A stretch of DNA of 64,000 bases from Faecalibacterium sp. CAG:1138 (lineage in GTDB: Bacteria; Bacillota; Clostridia; Christensenellales; CAG-917). This document shows, piece by piece, positions 36,104-46,253 of the stretch (the stretch's first letter is position 1; each line of letters starts with the position of its first letter). The notes under the pieces were generated by a model. It was not told where the DNA came from. It worked only from the letters and a program-made list of their open reading frames with translations, and did no database searches. The position numbers and the translations under genes are program-made. The stretch spans positions 31,244-95,243 of the forward strand of contig HF988637.1 in assembly GCA_000434675.1 (NCBI GenBank), read 5' to 3'.

Positions 36104-37109
36104 GGATCTATTTAAGACCAAAGAAGAAATCGCCGACGAAGAAGCGCAACGCGCGGGCGCGGCTGTCGAGGGCGAAACCACGAGCGGTCTGGTGGACGCT
36201 TTGAAAAATCTCGAGGACGAGCTTAACAAAAAAAATACGGTTGAAGAACCGGACTACGACAAGCTGTTTCCCGAGGTGAAGCTGGAGAAAAAGGAATACA
36301 CTCCCGCAACAGACGAGGAAATCGAGAAAAGAGCGCAGGACGAAACGGCAGGCGACTATCAGAAAAAAACGCAGAATCTTTTGGACTCGGCTAAGAAAAA
36401 AGGCGAGGAGCTTTCAGACTACAACAAACAGCTTTCCGAAAAGAAAACCGCTTCGCTTGCAGACGCCGAATCGGCGGTTGAAAGAGCAAAGGAAACCGCA
36501 TCCGACGATATGCTGAAAAGAGGCCTCGGGCGAAGCAGCATCGTTGCGGGCATCTTGGGCGAATACGACAAAGCGGGGCTTGAAAAAGCCGCGGAAATAA
36601 TGAATTCGTACGACTCGAAAATCGCAGACGTGGAAAAGGAAATTTCGGGGCTTGAATACGAAAAGAAAAAAAGCCTCGACGAACTCGACCTTGCGCATGC
36701 AAAGGAGGTTTCTGACAGAATCGCCGAGCTTAAGGCGGAAAGATTGAAGCTGTCGAACGAAGCTATCGCCGAAAACAACAAAATCGCCCAGAAGCAGGCG
36801 GATCTCGACGCCGAAAGGCTTAAAGACATCGAAAAATACAAAGAGGATCGAAAGAAAAAGGCCGAGGACGAGGCTAAACAGCTGGCCGAATACGAGAAAA
36901 AATACGGCTATTCCGGCGAAAAACAGCAGAACTACGCCAAACGCTACGAGCTGGCTTTGAGATATTATCTCACCGTGGATAGCGACATCGCGCTTAAGGC
37001 GCTGGAGTCGAGCGCAAACATGAAATACTATTTGGGAAACTATTACGACAAGCTTAAGTCGGTGCTCACCGATCGCGCGAACAACACCGACAGATACGGC
37101 ATAACTTGA
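36081..37109 (+). CDS. Lys/Glu-rich coiled-coil phage protein
   Basis: 342 aa. SD GGAGG. Long charged helical segments precede a C-terminal Tyr-rich globular end. Confidence 0.6.
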   Translation: MSIWDKIEDLFKTKEEIADEEAQRAGAAVEGETTSGLVDALKNLEDELNKKNTVEEPDYDKLFPEVKLEKKEYTPATDEEIEKRAQDETAGDYQKKTQNLLDSAKKKGEELSDYNKQLSEKKTASLADAESAVERAKETASDDMLKRGLGRSSIVAGILGEYDKAGLEKAAEIMNSYDSKIADVEKEISGLEYEKKKSLDELDLAHAKEVSDRIAELKAERLKLSNEAIAENNKIAQKQADLDAERLKDIEKYKEDRKKKAEDEAKQLAEYEKKYGYSGEKQQNYAKRYELALRYYLTVDSDIALKALESSANMKYYLGNYYDKLKSVLTDRANNTDRYGIT

Positions 37110-37369
37110 CGGAAATTCTGAAGCTGGCCACCGCCAACGGAATATGGGCCGCGCTGTTTGTGTTCTTGTTCTTTTACCAGCTTAAAGACGGCAAACAACG
37201 CGAGCAAAAATACACGGAAACCATTTCGGCCTTGTCCAAAAGTCTGTCGCAGTCCACGGACATTAAGGAGGACATCGAGGACATAAAGGACAGCTTGGAC
37301 GAAATCAAAACCTATTCGCAAAACCGGTACTCGAAAAAGAGTGCGGCAAAAAAGGAGAACGCAACGTGA
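37106..37369 (+). CDS. BhlA/UviB-like holin-type peptide
   Basis: 87 aa. A single N-terminal TM (GIWAALFVFLFFYQL) is followed by KDGKQREQKY and a charged helical tail, the architecture of the BhlA/UviB family. The TTG start overlaps the upstream TGA. Confidence 0.55.
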   Translation: MTEILKLATANGIWAALFVFLFFYQLKDGKQREQKYTETISALSKSLSQSTDIKEDIEDIKDSLDEIKTYSQNRYSKKSAAKKENAT

Positions 37370-37578
37370 AAATTCCCGACAAAATGAAGAGCAAAACTTT
37401 TTGGCTGGCGCTTGCGGGAGCCGTGGTCGTCTTTTTGCAGACGGCGGGAGTTAAGGTTGACGCGCCGTACGTCAACGAACTCGTTACGGCTCTATGCGCG
37501 GTGCTGGTTGTTTTAGGCATCGTCAAAGACGACAAAAAGGGCGGCGGACCGAGTGAAGGAGAAGCCCAGGTAGTATAA
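37366..37578 (+). CDS. Phage holin (phi LC3-family-like)
   Basis: 70 aa. KSKTFWLALAGAVVVFLQ is followed by a second TM LVTALCAVLVVLGIV and a basic or charged C-terminus. GTG start lies 8 nt after AAGGAG and overlaps the upstream TGA. Confidence 0.6.
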   Translation: MKIPDKMKSKTFWLALAGAVVVFLQTAGVKVDAPYVNELVTALCAVLVVLGIVKDDKKGGGPSEGEAQVV

Positions 37579-37579
37579 G

Positions 37580-37609
37580 AAAAACCCACCGAAATTCGGT
37601 GGGTTTTTT
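37580..37609. terminator. Bidirectional rho-independent terminator closing the phage module
   Basis: Arms CCCACCGAA and TTCGGTGGG (37585-37603) are flanked by an A-run and T6. Confidence 0.8.
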
Positions 37610-37621
37610 ACGTTAGGTAGC

Positions 37622-38965
37622 TTATTGCCGCATGTCGGACGGGCGCAGAACGAAGACGTCGGAATCGCCGAAAGAACTTTGGAAAAAGCCGTTTTTGGCC
37701 GTGCCGCAAAACGCGTACGCGCCGTTCACCGAAACTCCGCCGGACGCTCCTTCGAACGAATGGGTTACGTTAAGCTTGCCGCCCGAAAACGTGCCGTAAA
37801 CGAGTTTGCCATCGGACGAAAAGCACAGCGTTTCGCCACCTATGCCCTTGGTGTGGAAGCAAAGCTCGTCGCACGTCATATCGACGTCTGCGCGGACGAC
37901 GAAGTCAAGGTGCTCGCAAAATAGCAGCCATTTGGTTTCGCCGCCCAAAGCGGTCAGCACAAGAAAACCGTTTTCCACAGGGACGGAAAAAGCTTTTTCG
38001 GGTTTGTCGAGGGTGGTTTTTTTGATGACGGAGAAACTGCCGTCAAGCGTGCAAAGAAGAAGCGCGTCGGAGGTTTCGGCCTGATAAAAATAGCATTGTT
38101 TTCCGTCGGATACGAAAGGTTCGAAATTGCATAAACGCGCGTTTACGTTCAGCTTTTCGCCGACGAAACCGTCGGTTCGGTTGAAATCAAAAACTTTGAA
38201 GCAGTCGTTTGAGGCGGCTACGACGTTGAACGACGACTTTTCGGGAAGCACCGAAAATATTTTTTCCGCGCCTGAAAACGTTACGCTTGTCGTTCGAAGC
38301 ACGTCCAACGAATAGGAAAAGACCTTCACGGCAAGTTTGTCGTTTTGCGCCAGAAAGCAAAGTATTTCGCTGTCCGAAAGATACGTAAAAACGCTTTTGG
38401 ATTTGTCGGAAAAGACGGAGGAGCGCACTTCGCCGTCGAAGCTTACGTCGTAGAATCTGTCGAATTCGTCGCCGGAGGTTGCCACGAAAAAGCCGTTCGG
38501 CGTGATTTTTACGGACAAAAAGCTTTCGGATTTTGCGATGACGGAAACGTATTCCAAAGTGAGGTTTGAGGATACCTTTGCCATAACCGCCGATTTTTTG
38601 GCGCCGTCGGAGTTCACGTCGTAGCTGTCGGACGCGCTGTCGAAAAACAGATAGTAGCCGTCCGAAGAATCATAGACTTCGAAAAGCTGCTCTTTGCCGA
38701 GGCCGCCGACGTTTTGCGCGGCCATGTTCTCGTAAACGCTGGGCTTTCGGGGAAATTCGTTGTAAACCGTTTTGGGTTTGTCGGCGTCGTCGGTAGCGGG
38801 TTCGTCGGGCTTTGGCCCTGCAGGTTCTGCAGGTTCGGCCTGCGCGGGATTGTCGGGAACGGTCGGCTTGTCGCCTGAAAAATATTGATCGTAAAGGGCA
38901 AAGCACAGCACGCTGAGACCGATAAGAAAGGTCACCAGCAGCCATTTGCCGGTAGAGTTTTTCAT
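37622..38965 (-). CDS. Membrane-anchored hypothetical protein (Pro-rich linker + beta-rich ectodomain)
   Basis: ATG 38965 lies 9 nt after GGAGG. TM WLLVTFLIGLSVLCFAL is followed by PDNPAQAEPAEPAGPKPDEPATDD and about 370 aa of beta-rich sequence. Confidence 0.7.
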   Translation of the reverse strand: MKNSTGKWLLVTFLIGLSVLCFALYDQYFSGDKPTVPDNPAQAEPAEPAGPKPDEPATDDADKPKTVYNEFPRKPSVYENMAAQNVGGLGKEQLFEVYDSSDGYYLFFDSASDSYDVNSDGAKKSAVMAKVSSNLTLEYVSVIAKSESFLSVKITPNGFFVATSGDEFDRFYDVSFDGEVRSSVFSDKSKSVFTYLSDSEILCFLAQNDKLAVKVFSYSLDVLRTTSVTFSGAEKIFSVLPEKSSFNVVAASNDCFKVFDFNRTDGFVGEKLNVNARLCNFEPFVSDGKQCYFYQAETSDALLLCTLDGSFSVIKKTTLDKPEKAFSVPVENGFLVLTALGGETKWLLFCEHLDFVVRADVDMTCDELCFHTKGIGGETLCFSSDGKLVYGTFSGGKLNVTHSFEGASGGVSVNGAYAFCGTAKNGFFQSSFGDSDVFVLRPSDMRQ

Positions 38966-39044
38966 AATAAAACGCCTCCTTTTCCCACATTGTAGCATGG
39001 AGAAAAAGAGGCGAAAGCGGCTTTTCAAATTAAGTCAAAAAAAG

Positions 39045-40082
39045 CTATCGGACGTTTCCGTTTGCCACGGCAAAAAGAATATCGGCGATTTTTTTGTTCG
39101 CAGGCGGCGACATCGGTCGCATTTTGACAGATTTTGCTTCCGCTATGGCCGAAAGCAGAGTTTGGGTGGAAAGGTCCGCTTGCTCCAAAACGACTGCGCC
39201 GTACTTTTTGGCGTAATAGGCGTTGTCGAGTTGGTCGCCGCGGCTTGCGCCCGCGGGAAGCGGAATGAGAACCGCGGATTTTTCGAGCGCGGAAAGCTCG
39301 GACACTGCGCCTGCCCCCGCGCGGGATACGACGACGTCGGCAAGGGCGTAAAGATTTTCGATGGCCTCGGAGTAGGCGATAGGCTTATAGTGCGGCGAAT
39401 CGGAATAGCGTAGGCTGTTTTTTCCCATAACGTGAACGACGTCGTAGGTTTCGAGAAGCTTTGGAAGAGCGGCCTTTACGGCTTCGTTTATCGCGACGGA
39501 ACCCGACGAGCCGCCCACGACGAGAAGCACGGGCCTCGAGCCGTCGAATTCCAAAAACCTTGCGGCGCGTTCCTTTTGTCCCGTAAACAGGCTGTCGCGG
39601 AGCGGAAATCCCACGAAAATTCTGGACGGGTTTTCGGCCGCCGTTTCGGGATAAGCGGTGAGGACCTTTGCCCCGAAATGCTTTTCGGCAATTTTGTTTG
39701 CAAGCCCTAAGGAAAAATCGCTTTCGTGAACGACGACGGGTATGCCCAGTTTTTTGGCCGCAATGACGGACGGCAGAGAAACGTAGCCGCCTTTTCCGAA
39801 AACTACGGCAGGTTTAAGGCGCTTTAAGTGTTCGGTTGCTTCTTTTACGCCTTTTATCAGTTTGAACGGTATGGCGAAATTCTTAAGCGACAGACTTCGC
39901 CTGAATTTTGCCGTTTCCGTTTCAAAATAGGGAAGCTCGGCGTCCATAGCCAAAGTTTTTTCGACGCCGCTTCCGCCTATATAACAAATTCGGTCGAATT
40001 TTTTTTTAAGTTCGGGGACGATTGCAAGGGCGGGCAGAACGTGCCCCGCCGTTCCGCCTCCCGTAAGTACTATGGTTTTCAT
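39045..40082 (-). CDS. murG: UDP-GlcNAc--undecaprenyl-PP-MurNAc-pentapeptide GlcNAc transferase
   Basis: MKTIVLTGGGTAGHV..ALA is the MurG G-loop. The C-domain has ...GGS.GS..IN... and ADVVVSRAGAGAVSEL. Start chosen at ATG 40082, after GAGGT. Confidence 0.9.
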   Translation of the reverse strand: MKTIVLTGGGTAGHVLPALAIVPELKKKFDRICYIGGSGVEKTLAMDAELPYFETETAKFRRSLSLKNFAIPFKLIKGVKEATEHLKRLKPAVVFGKGGYVSLPSVIAAKKLGIPVVVHESDFSLGLANKIAEKHFGAKVLTAYPETAAENPSRIFVGFPLRDSLFTGQKERAARFLEFDGSRPVLLVVGGSSGSVAINEAVKAALPKLLETYDVVHVMGKNSLRYSDSPHYKPIAYSEAIENLYALADVVVSRAGAGAVSELSALEKSAVLIPLPAGASRGDQLDNAYYAKKYGAVVLEQADLSTQTLLSAIAEAKSVKMRPMSPPANKKIADILFAVANGNVR

Positions 40083-40337
40083 AACGTTACCTCGCATCAG
40101 GGTATGATTTTTTGGTTATATTGTTTCCAAAACCTCGGCCGCGTAAACTGCTTTTTTGGGGGTGATTTTCGGCGGAGTGTGTCAAAAATCACGATAAACG
40201 TGTCAGAAATTCCGCCATGTGGCGAGAAAAAATTTTTTCTAAAAAACAATTTGGCCGAAAATCCGCTATCTTTTTGGAAAATAATGTGCTACAATGATTA
40301 AGTTATTATTTTTATTTTAGCCATCGGGGGTTTATAC

Positions 40338-42302
40338 ATGGCAGATTATAAGGCAAAAGATATACAGGTTCTGGAAGGTCTGGACGCAGTGAGAATGCGT
40401 CCGGGTATGTACATCGGTACTACGGGAAACAAGGGCCTTCATCATATACTTTGGGAAATCATCGACAACGGCATAGACGAAATCACCAACGGCCACGGAA
40501 ACAGGGTGGAAGTGGAACTTTTGGACGACAACGTCATGCGCGTTACGGATAACGGCCGCGGCGTTCCGGTGGACAAGCACCCAAAACTCGGGATTTCGGG
40601 CGTAGAGGTGGTTTACACCCAGCTCCACGCAGGCGCGAAATTCGACAACGAAAGCTACGGTTTTTCGGGCGGTTTGCACGGCGTCGGCGCGTCGGTTACC
40701 AACGCGCTCAGCGAATGGATGACCGTTGAGGTTTTCAAGGACGGAAACCACTATCGGCAGGACTTCCACAGCCCAGAAGTGAACGGCAAAATCAAGTCGG
40801 GCGTCAAGCTGTCCGATCTCAAGGTCGTGGGAAAAACCAAGGAAACGGGAACGCGCGTTACGTTTAAGGCGGACGAAAGAGTTTTCGGCTCGGAAAAATA
40901 CGATTACGACGTCATTGCGGAGAGGCTGAGGGAAATCGCCTTTTTAAACAAACAGGTTACCCTCGTCCTTAAGGACGAAAGACTGCCGTTTTTCGGCGGC
41001 ACGGGCAAATTCGACACCTTCCGCTTCGAGGGCGGCGTTTCGGATTTCGTGGCCTACCTCAACGAGGAAAAGGACGCAATTTACCGCAATCCTATTCTGC
41101 TTGAGGGCAAGGACGGCAACTTTATCGTTTCGGTGGCGTTTCAGCACACCGATTCCTACTCGGAAAACATCATAAGCTACGTCAACAACATTCCTACCTC
41201 CGACGGCGGCACTCACGAAGTCGGCTTCAAGTCGGCAATCACAAGAGTGCTTAACGACTACGCCAGAAAGAGCGGTTTTCTGAAAGATAAGGACGCAAAC
41301 TTTTTGGGCGAGGATTTCAGGGAAGGCATGACGGCGGTTCTGTCCATAAAAATGCAGAACATTCAGTTCGAAGGGCAGACAAAAACCAAGCTCGGCAACC
41401 CCGAAGCAAAGCTTCTGACGGAACAAATCGTCAGCCAGAAGCTGGACGAATATATAAACCTCAAGTCCTCCAAATCCGTCGTGGACAAAATTCTGAATAA
41501 GGCTTCCGGCGCGGCGAAAACCCGTGAAAGCGTGAAAAAGGCCAAGGAAATAAGTCGCAAAAAGAACAGTCTGGACGGCGCGCCGCTTATCGGCAAGCTG
41601 GCAAGTTGCAGCGGCAGAAAACCGGAGTTTAACGAGCTTTTCATCGTTGAGGGCGATTCTGCAGGAGGCAGCGCAAAACAGGGACGCGACAGGAGAACGC
41701 AGGCGATTCTGCCGCTTAAGGGCAAGCCGCTTAACGTTGAAAAACAGTCTATCGACAAAATTCTGGACAACGACGAAATAAGGACCATAATCACCGCTTT
41801 GGGCACGGGAATCGACGACGATTTCGACATCAACGACCTTAGGTACCACAAAGTCATCATCCTGGCCGACGCGGACTACGACGGCGCGCACATAAGGGCT
41901 TTGCTCTTGACCTTCTTCTTCAGACACATGAAGGAACTGGTGCTTGGCGGGCACGTCTATATGGGTATGCCGCCGCTCTATAAGCTTTCGAAGAAAGACC
42001 TCGTCAGATATTGCTACGACGACGAGGAACTTGAAGAAGCCAGAAAAGATTTCGGCAGAAACTATAATTTGCAACGCTATAAAGGTCTCGGCGAAATGAA
42101 CCCGGAGCAGCTTTGGGAAACCACTTTGGATCCGACCAAGCGCTCGCTGGTCAGAGTTACCATTCAGGACGCCGCGCTTGCCGATAAGCGTATCACCACG
42201 CTTATGGGCGACAAGGTGGAGCCGAGAAAGGAATACATTTTCAAGTATGCAAACTTCAACAAAGAGGACAATTTCGACAAACCGACGGGAGGTAACAAAT
42301 AA
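40338..42302 (+). CDS. parE: Type IIA topoisomerase subunit B (ParE-like; GyrB not excluded)
   Basis: GHKL N-box [25 protein letters not shown], Toprim [10 protein letters not shown] and [11 protein letters not shown]. 654 aa. It is not next to dnaA/dnaN/recF. Confidence 0.6.
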   Translation: MADYKAKDIQVLEGLDAVRMRPGMYIGTTGNKGLHHILWEIIDNGIDEITNGHGNRVEVELLDDNVMRVTDNGRGVPVDKHPKLGISGVEVVYTQLHAGAKFDNESYGFSGGLHGVGASVTNALSEWMTVEVFKDGNHYRQDFHSPEVNGKIKSGVKLSDLKVVGKTKETGTRVTFKADERVFGSEKYDYDVIAERLREIAFLNKQVTLVLKDERLPFFGGTGKFDTFRFEGGVSDFVAYLNEEKDAIYRNPILLEGKDGNFIVSVAFQHTDSYSENIISYVNNIPTSDGGTHEVGFKSAITRVLNDYARKSGFLKDKDANFLGEDFREGMTAVLSIKMQNIQFEGQTKTKLGNPEAKLLTEQIVSQKLDEYINLKSSKSVVDKILNKASGAAKTRESVKKAKEISRKKNSLDGAPLIGKLASCSGRKPEFNELFIVEGDSAGGSAKQGRDRRTQAILPLKGKPLNVEKQSIDKILDNDEIRTIITALGTGIDDDFDINDLRYHKVIILADADYDGAHIRALLLTFFFRHMKELVLGGHVYMGMPPLYKLSKKDLVRYCYDDEELEEARKDFGRNYNLQRYKGLGEMNPEQLWETTLDPTKRSLVRVTIQDAALADKRITTLMGDKVEPRKEYIFKYANFNKEDNFDKPTGGNK

Positions 42303-44737
42303 TGGCTAAAGAAAAAATTATCGAAGCGGATAATTCGGTCGTTTTCGAAAAACCTCTCGAGCAGGTTTTGCACGAAAGTATGATTCCGTATTCGGAATCG
42401 GTTATTCTCGAACGCGCTTTGCCGCGCGTGGAGGACGGGCTTAAGCCCGTTCAGAGAAGGGTGCTTTACAGCATGTACGAACTGGACGTAACCCCCGACA
42501 AGCCGCACAGAAAGTGCGCGCGTATAGTCGGCGATTGTTTGGGTAAATATCACCCTCACGGCGACAGCAGCGTTTACGGCGCGCTTGTCAGAATGGCGCA
42601 ATCGTTCAGCATGAGAATGCCGCTCGTGGACGGGCACGGCAACTTCGGCAGCGTGGACGGCGACGGACCTGCGGCTATGCGTTACACGGAAGCAAGGCTT
42701 ATGCCGCTTGCCGTGGAAATGCTTAAAGATCTGGACAAAGACACCGTCGAAATGCAATGGAACTTCGACGACACCATAAAAGAACCGGTTACGCTTCCGG
42801 CAAGGTTCCCGAACCTTCTGGTGAACGGAGTGGAGGGCATAGCGATAGGACTTTCGTCGCACATTCCGCCGCACAATCTCGGCGAGGTTATCGACGGCAC
42901 GGTGGCGCTTATCGACAAGCCTAAAATGAAGCTCGAGGAAATTATGACCTACATCAAGGGGCCGGATTTCCCGACGGGCGGAACCATAGTGATGGGGCCG
43001 GAGCTCGTGCAAGCGTACGAAACGGGCAAAGGCAAGGTGAAGGTCCGCGCAAAGGCGTTTATCGAGGACGACACCGGCGACAAAAAGAACATCGTCATAA
43101 CAGAAATTCCGTATCAGCTGAAAAAATCGGACATTCTCACCAAAATTCTGAAACTGAGAGAGGCCAAAAAGGAAAGCTGTCTGCAATATATATCCGACAT
43201 CGTGGACGAAAGCGACAGGACGGGTATGAGAGCCGTCATCAAGGTTAAAAAGGACGGCAACGCAGAACAGATTCTGAGGTACCTTTTCAAGCAGACCGAC
43301 CTCGAAATCAACTATAATTTCAATATGGTGGCCATAGCCGGCGGCAAACCGTGCCAGCTGGGGCTTATCGAAATTCTGCAATATTACGTCGATTATCACC
43401 GTCAGGTCATCGTCAGACGCGCGACTTACGATCTTAAGGCGGCCAGGCTCCGCGCGGAGATCGTGGAAGGATTGCTGATTGCGATAAAGAACATCGACGA
43501 AGTTATAAAAATCATCAAAAAATCCCCGACGACGGCGGCGGCCTCGGAAGCGCTGAAAAAACGTTTCGAGCTTACCGATCGTCAGACGCAGGCCATTTTG
43601 GAAATGAAGCTCAGAAGGCTTACGGGGCTTGACGTCAAATCGCTTGAGGACGAACTGGTCGAACAGAAAAAGAGAATAGAAGATCTGACCGCGCTTTTGC
43701 AAAGCCGCAGACGCCAGAACTCTTTGATGCAAAAAGAGCTTCTGGAAATCAAAAAAACCTACAAATCGCCGCGCCTCACCGACATAAAGGCAGAGGGAAC
43801 CGACATCGAAGTGTCGTATCACAGAGAAGACGAGGTGGCGTATAAAGAGGGCGTTCTGGTTCTGGGCGAAAACGGCGGACTTAAATTCGTAACCAACCGC
43901 AGTTTCGGCGGCGCACAGAGGAGGGCGGCGGACAACGATCAGTCTTCCGTCGTAAAGCAAGCCGTTTCGGCCAACAACAAGCAGAAGATTTTTGCTTTTT
44001 CCGACCTCGGAAACTGCTTCAGACTGAGCCTCGACGAGCTTCCGGAAAAGAAGTGGCGCGAACAGGGCGCAAGCATAGGCAAGCTGAATAAGGCCGCGGG
44101 AGCGAACGAAAAAATCGTCAAAGTGTTTGCGGTGGACGTTATTCCGGAGGGCGACGCGGTTATGTTTACGGCTTCGGGCATGGTGAAGCGCACCCCTTGG
44201 CAGGAGCTTGACGTTCAGAAAAACGTATATAAGGTTATCAATCTTTCTGACGGCGACAATCTGATGTCGGTGGAAACGGTGGAGCCCGAATACAGAGTGT
44301 TTATGGCCACCGAGCAAGGCATGTGCTTAACTTACGAAAACGACGAAATCCCGACGCAGGGCAGAAACGCTTCGGGCGTCAAGGGCATCAAGCTTTCCGA
44401 CGGCGACAGGTTGCTGGCGGCAATGGAGATAAACGACGAGGGCGAAATCGTGGTCGTCACCGACGGAGGATACGCAAAACGCGTTCTGGCGTGGAGCTTC
44501 GATTCCTCAAAACGCTACAACAAAGGCGTGAAACTGGTCGATTTGCCTGACAAAACCAAGGTTGCGCTGGTAAGCTACGTCAAATTCCCTTACGACGTGA
44601 TGCTGGTTTCGGGCGAGAACGTTTACGGATTCTCCACCGACGACATCGCTCTGGACAGCAGGACGGGAAGAGGCAAGGCTTTGATCAAAGGCAAAAACGT
44701 GAAAGCATACAAACACGTCGCGGACGTTTTAAGATAA
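42302..44737 (+). CDS. parC: Type IIA topoisomerase subunit A (ParC-like; GyrA not excluded)
   Basis: Active-site region [10 protein letters not shown]. 811 aa. No clear GyrA box (QRRGGKG) opens the C-terminal domain. [19 protein letters not shown] resembles the ParC pattern ELP..(K/R)W(K/R)D.G. Confidence 0.6.
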   Translation: MAKEKIIEADNSVVFEKPLEQVLHESMIPYSESVILERALPRVEDGLKPVQRRVLYSMYELDVTPDKPHRKCARIVGDCLGKYHPHGDSSVYGALVRMAQSFSMRMPLVDGHGNFGSVDGDGPAAMRYTEARLMPLAVEMLKDLDKDTVEMQWNFDDTIKEPVTLPARFPNLLVNGVEGIAIGLSSHIPPHNLGEVIDGTVALIDKPKMKLEEIMTYIKGPDFPTGGTIVMGPELVQAYETGKGKVKVRAKAFIEDDTGDKKNIVITEIPYQLKKSDILTKILKLREAKKESCLQYISDIVDESDRTGMRAVIKVKKDGNAEQILRYLFKQTDLEINYNFNMVAIAGGKPCQLGLIEILQYYVDYHRQVIVRRATYDLKAARLRAEIVEGLLIAIKNIDEVIKIIKKSPTTAAASEALKKRFELTDRQTQAILEMKLRRLTGLDVKSLEDELVEQKKRIEDLTALLQSRRRQNSLMQKELLEIKKTYKSPRLTDIKAEGTDIEVSYHREDEVAYKEGVLVLGENGGLKFVTNRSFGGAQRRAADNDQSSVVKQAVSANNKQKIFAFSDLGNCFRLSLDELPEKKWREQGASIGKLNKAAGANEKIVKVFAVDVIPEGDAVMFTASGMVKRTPWQELDVQKNVYKVINLSDGDNLMSVETVEPEYRVFMATEQGMCLTYENDEIPTQGRNASGVKGIKLSDGDRLLAAMEINDEGEIVVVTDGGYAKRVLAWSFDSSKRYNKGVKLVDLPDKTKVALVSYVKFPYDVMLVSGENVYGFSTDDIALDSRTGRGKALIKGKNVKAYKHVADVLR

Positions 44738-44752
44738 ATTTCGGAGGGACAA

Positions 44753-46237
44753 ATGAAAACGGGATTCGATTCCAAATTATACATGAAGAAGCAATACGAG
44801 CACATTCTGGAGCGCATCGATATGGCGGGCGGCAAGCTTTACCTCGAATTCGGCGGCAAGCTGTTTGACGACTTGCACGCGTCGAGGGTGCTTCCCGGCT
44901 TCGACTGCAACGCGAAGATAAAACTTCTTCAAAAGCTCAAGGACAAAGCGGAAATCATTTTCGCCATTTCCGCCGACGACATCGAACGCAACAAAATCCG
45001 CGCCGACTACGGCATAACCTACGGCACCGAAATCATGCGTCTTATCGACGTTATGGGCGACATGGGCATCATGGTGAACAGCGTCGTCATCACCAAATTC
45101 AAGGAACAGCCTCAGGCGGTTATTTACAAGACAAAACTTGAAAACCGCGGCATAAAAGTGTACACTCACACTCTCACCAAAGGCTATCCTACTGACGTTG
45201 ACACCATAGTCAGCGACGAAGGCTACGGCAAAAACGCTTACATAGAAACGACGAGGCCGCTCGTCGTCGTCAACGCGCCGGGGCCTAACAGCGGGAAGCT
45301 TGCCACCTGTCTGTGCCAGCTTTATCACGAATACAAGAGGGGAGTTAAGGCGGGCTACGCCAAATTCGAAACTTTCCCCGTGTGGAATCTGCCGCTCAAA
45401 CACCCGGTGAACATCGCTTACGAGGCGGCCACCGCGGATATAAAAGACGTCAACATGATCGACTACTTCCATCTGGAAGCCTACGGCGTCACCACCGTCA
45501 ACTACAACCGCGACATCGAGGTTTTTCCGGTGGTAAGGTCGATTCTCTCCAAAATTTCCGACAACAATCTGGACTATAAGTCCCCGACGGATATGGGCGT
45601 GAACATGGCGGGCTACGCCATAACCGACGACGAGGTTTGCCGCGAGGCGTCCTCGCAGGAAATTATCCGCCGCTATTATAAAGGTCTCTGCGACCACAAA
45701 AACGGACTTGTGGACAAGGAAACCGTTGAAAAACTGGAGCTTCTGATGGGCGAACTGGGCCTTAAACCTACAGACAGAAAGGTGGTGGGGCCGGCGCTTG
45801 AAAAGGAAGAAAAGTGCGGGGAAGCGGCGTGCGCGCTGGAACTTGAGGACGGCACCGTCGTTACCGGCAAAAACACCAAACTTATGACGGCTCCCGCAAG
45901 CTGCATATTGAACGCGGTGAAGACGCTTGCAAACGTCCCCGATCGCTTCAAGCTGCTTGCGCCGAACGTTCTGGAGCCTATCACAAAGCTTAAACAGCGC
46001 ACTCTGGGCGACAAAAACTTCCGCCTGAATCTGGAAGAAGTGCTTATCGCGCTCAGCATCTGCGCCGCAACGAACGATATCGTAAGAGATACCGTCGAAA
46101 AGCTGGAGGAACTTAAGGGGGCGGAACTGCACTCGTCCCGCATGCTGCATCCGACCGACGAAAACATTTTGAGAAAGCTCAAAATCAACGTTACCTCGGA
46201 GCCTCGGTTCACCAGTCAGAATTTATACGATAACTAA
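44753..46237 (+). CDS. DUF1846 / UPF0371 family protein
   Basis: 494 aa. The N-terminus GFDS.LY...Q...I.ERI......LYLEFGGKLFDD.HASRVLPGF is as I recall for UPF0371 proteins of Firmicutes. Confidence 0.75.
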   Translation: MKTGFDSKLYMKKQYEHILERIDMAGGKLYLEFGGKLFDDLHASRVLPGFDCNAKIKLLQKLKDKAEIIFAISADDIERNKIRADYGITYGTEIMRLIDVMGDMGIMVNSVVITKFKEQPQAVIYKTKLENRGIKVYTHTLTKGYPTDVDTIVSDEGYGKNAYIETTRPLVVVNAPGPNSGKLATCLCQLYHEYKRGVKAGYAKFETFPVWNLPLKHPVNIAYEAATADIKDVNMIDYFHLEAYGVTTVNYNRDIEVFPVVRSILSKISDNNLDYKSPTDMGVNMAGYAITDDEVCREASSQEIIRRYYKGLCDHKNGLVDKETVEKLELLMGELGLKPTDRKVVGPALEKEEKCGEAACALELEDGTVVTGKNTKLMTAPASCILNAVKTLANVPDRFKLLAPNVLEPITKLKQRTLGDKNFRLNLEEVLIALSICAATNDIVRDTVEKLEELKGAELHSSRMLHPTDENILRKLKINVTSEPRFTSQNLYDN

Positions 46238-46253
46238 TAAAGGAGATATTTTT

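Larger units (their letters stand above)
26526..37609 (+). mobile_element. Compact phage-derived module: late regulator, packaging/head genes and holins, with no recognisable tail, lysin, integrase or replication genes (cryptic prophage remnant, satellite-like or GTA-like)
   Basis: It contains terminase, portal, scaffold and capsid genes in canonical order, with ATGA/GTGA coupled gene junctions. It is bounded by terminators at 26188-26223 and 37580-37609, with chromosomal genes on both sides. Confidence 0.6.

Noticed and set aside
26176-37625. Direct repeats (att sites) flanking the phage-like module.
   Set aside because: Comparing 26176-26525 with 37579-37625 by eye, I found no shared stretch of 10 nt or more. 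This is not exhaustive. A proper repeat search could still find short att cores.
40098-40337. An oriC-like region or DnaA boxes in the 240-nt divergent murG/parE intergenic region. It contains a GTGTCA(A/G)AAAT direct repeat and a TGcTACAAT extended -10 at 40287-40295.
   Set aside because: I found no TTATCCACA-like 9-mers in either orientation, and no dnaA or dnaN nearby. The repeat occurs only twice. It is probably just promoter sequence.
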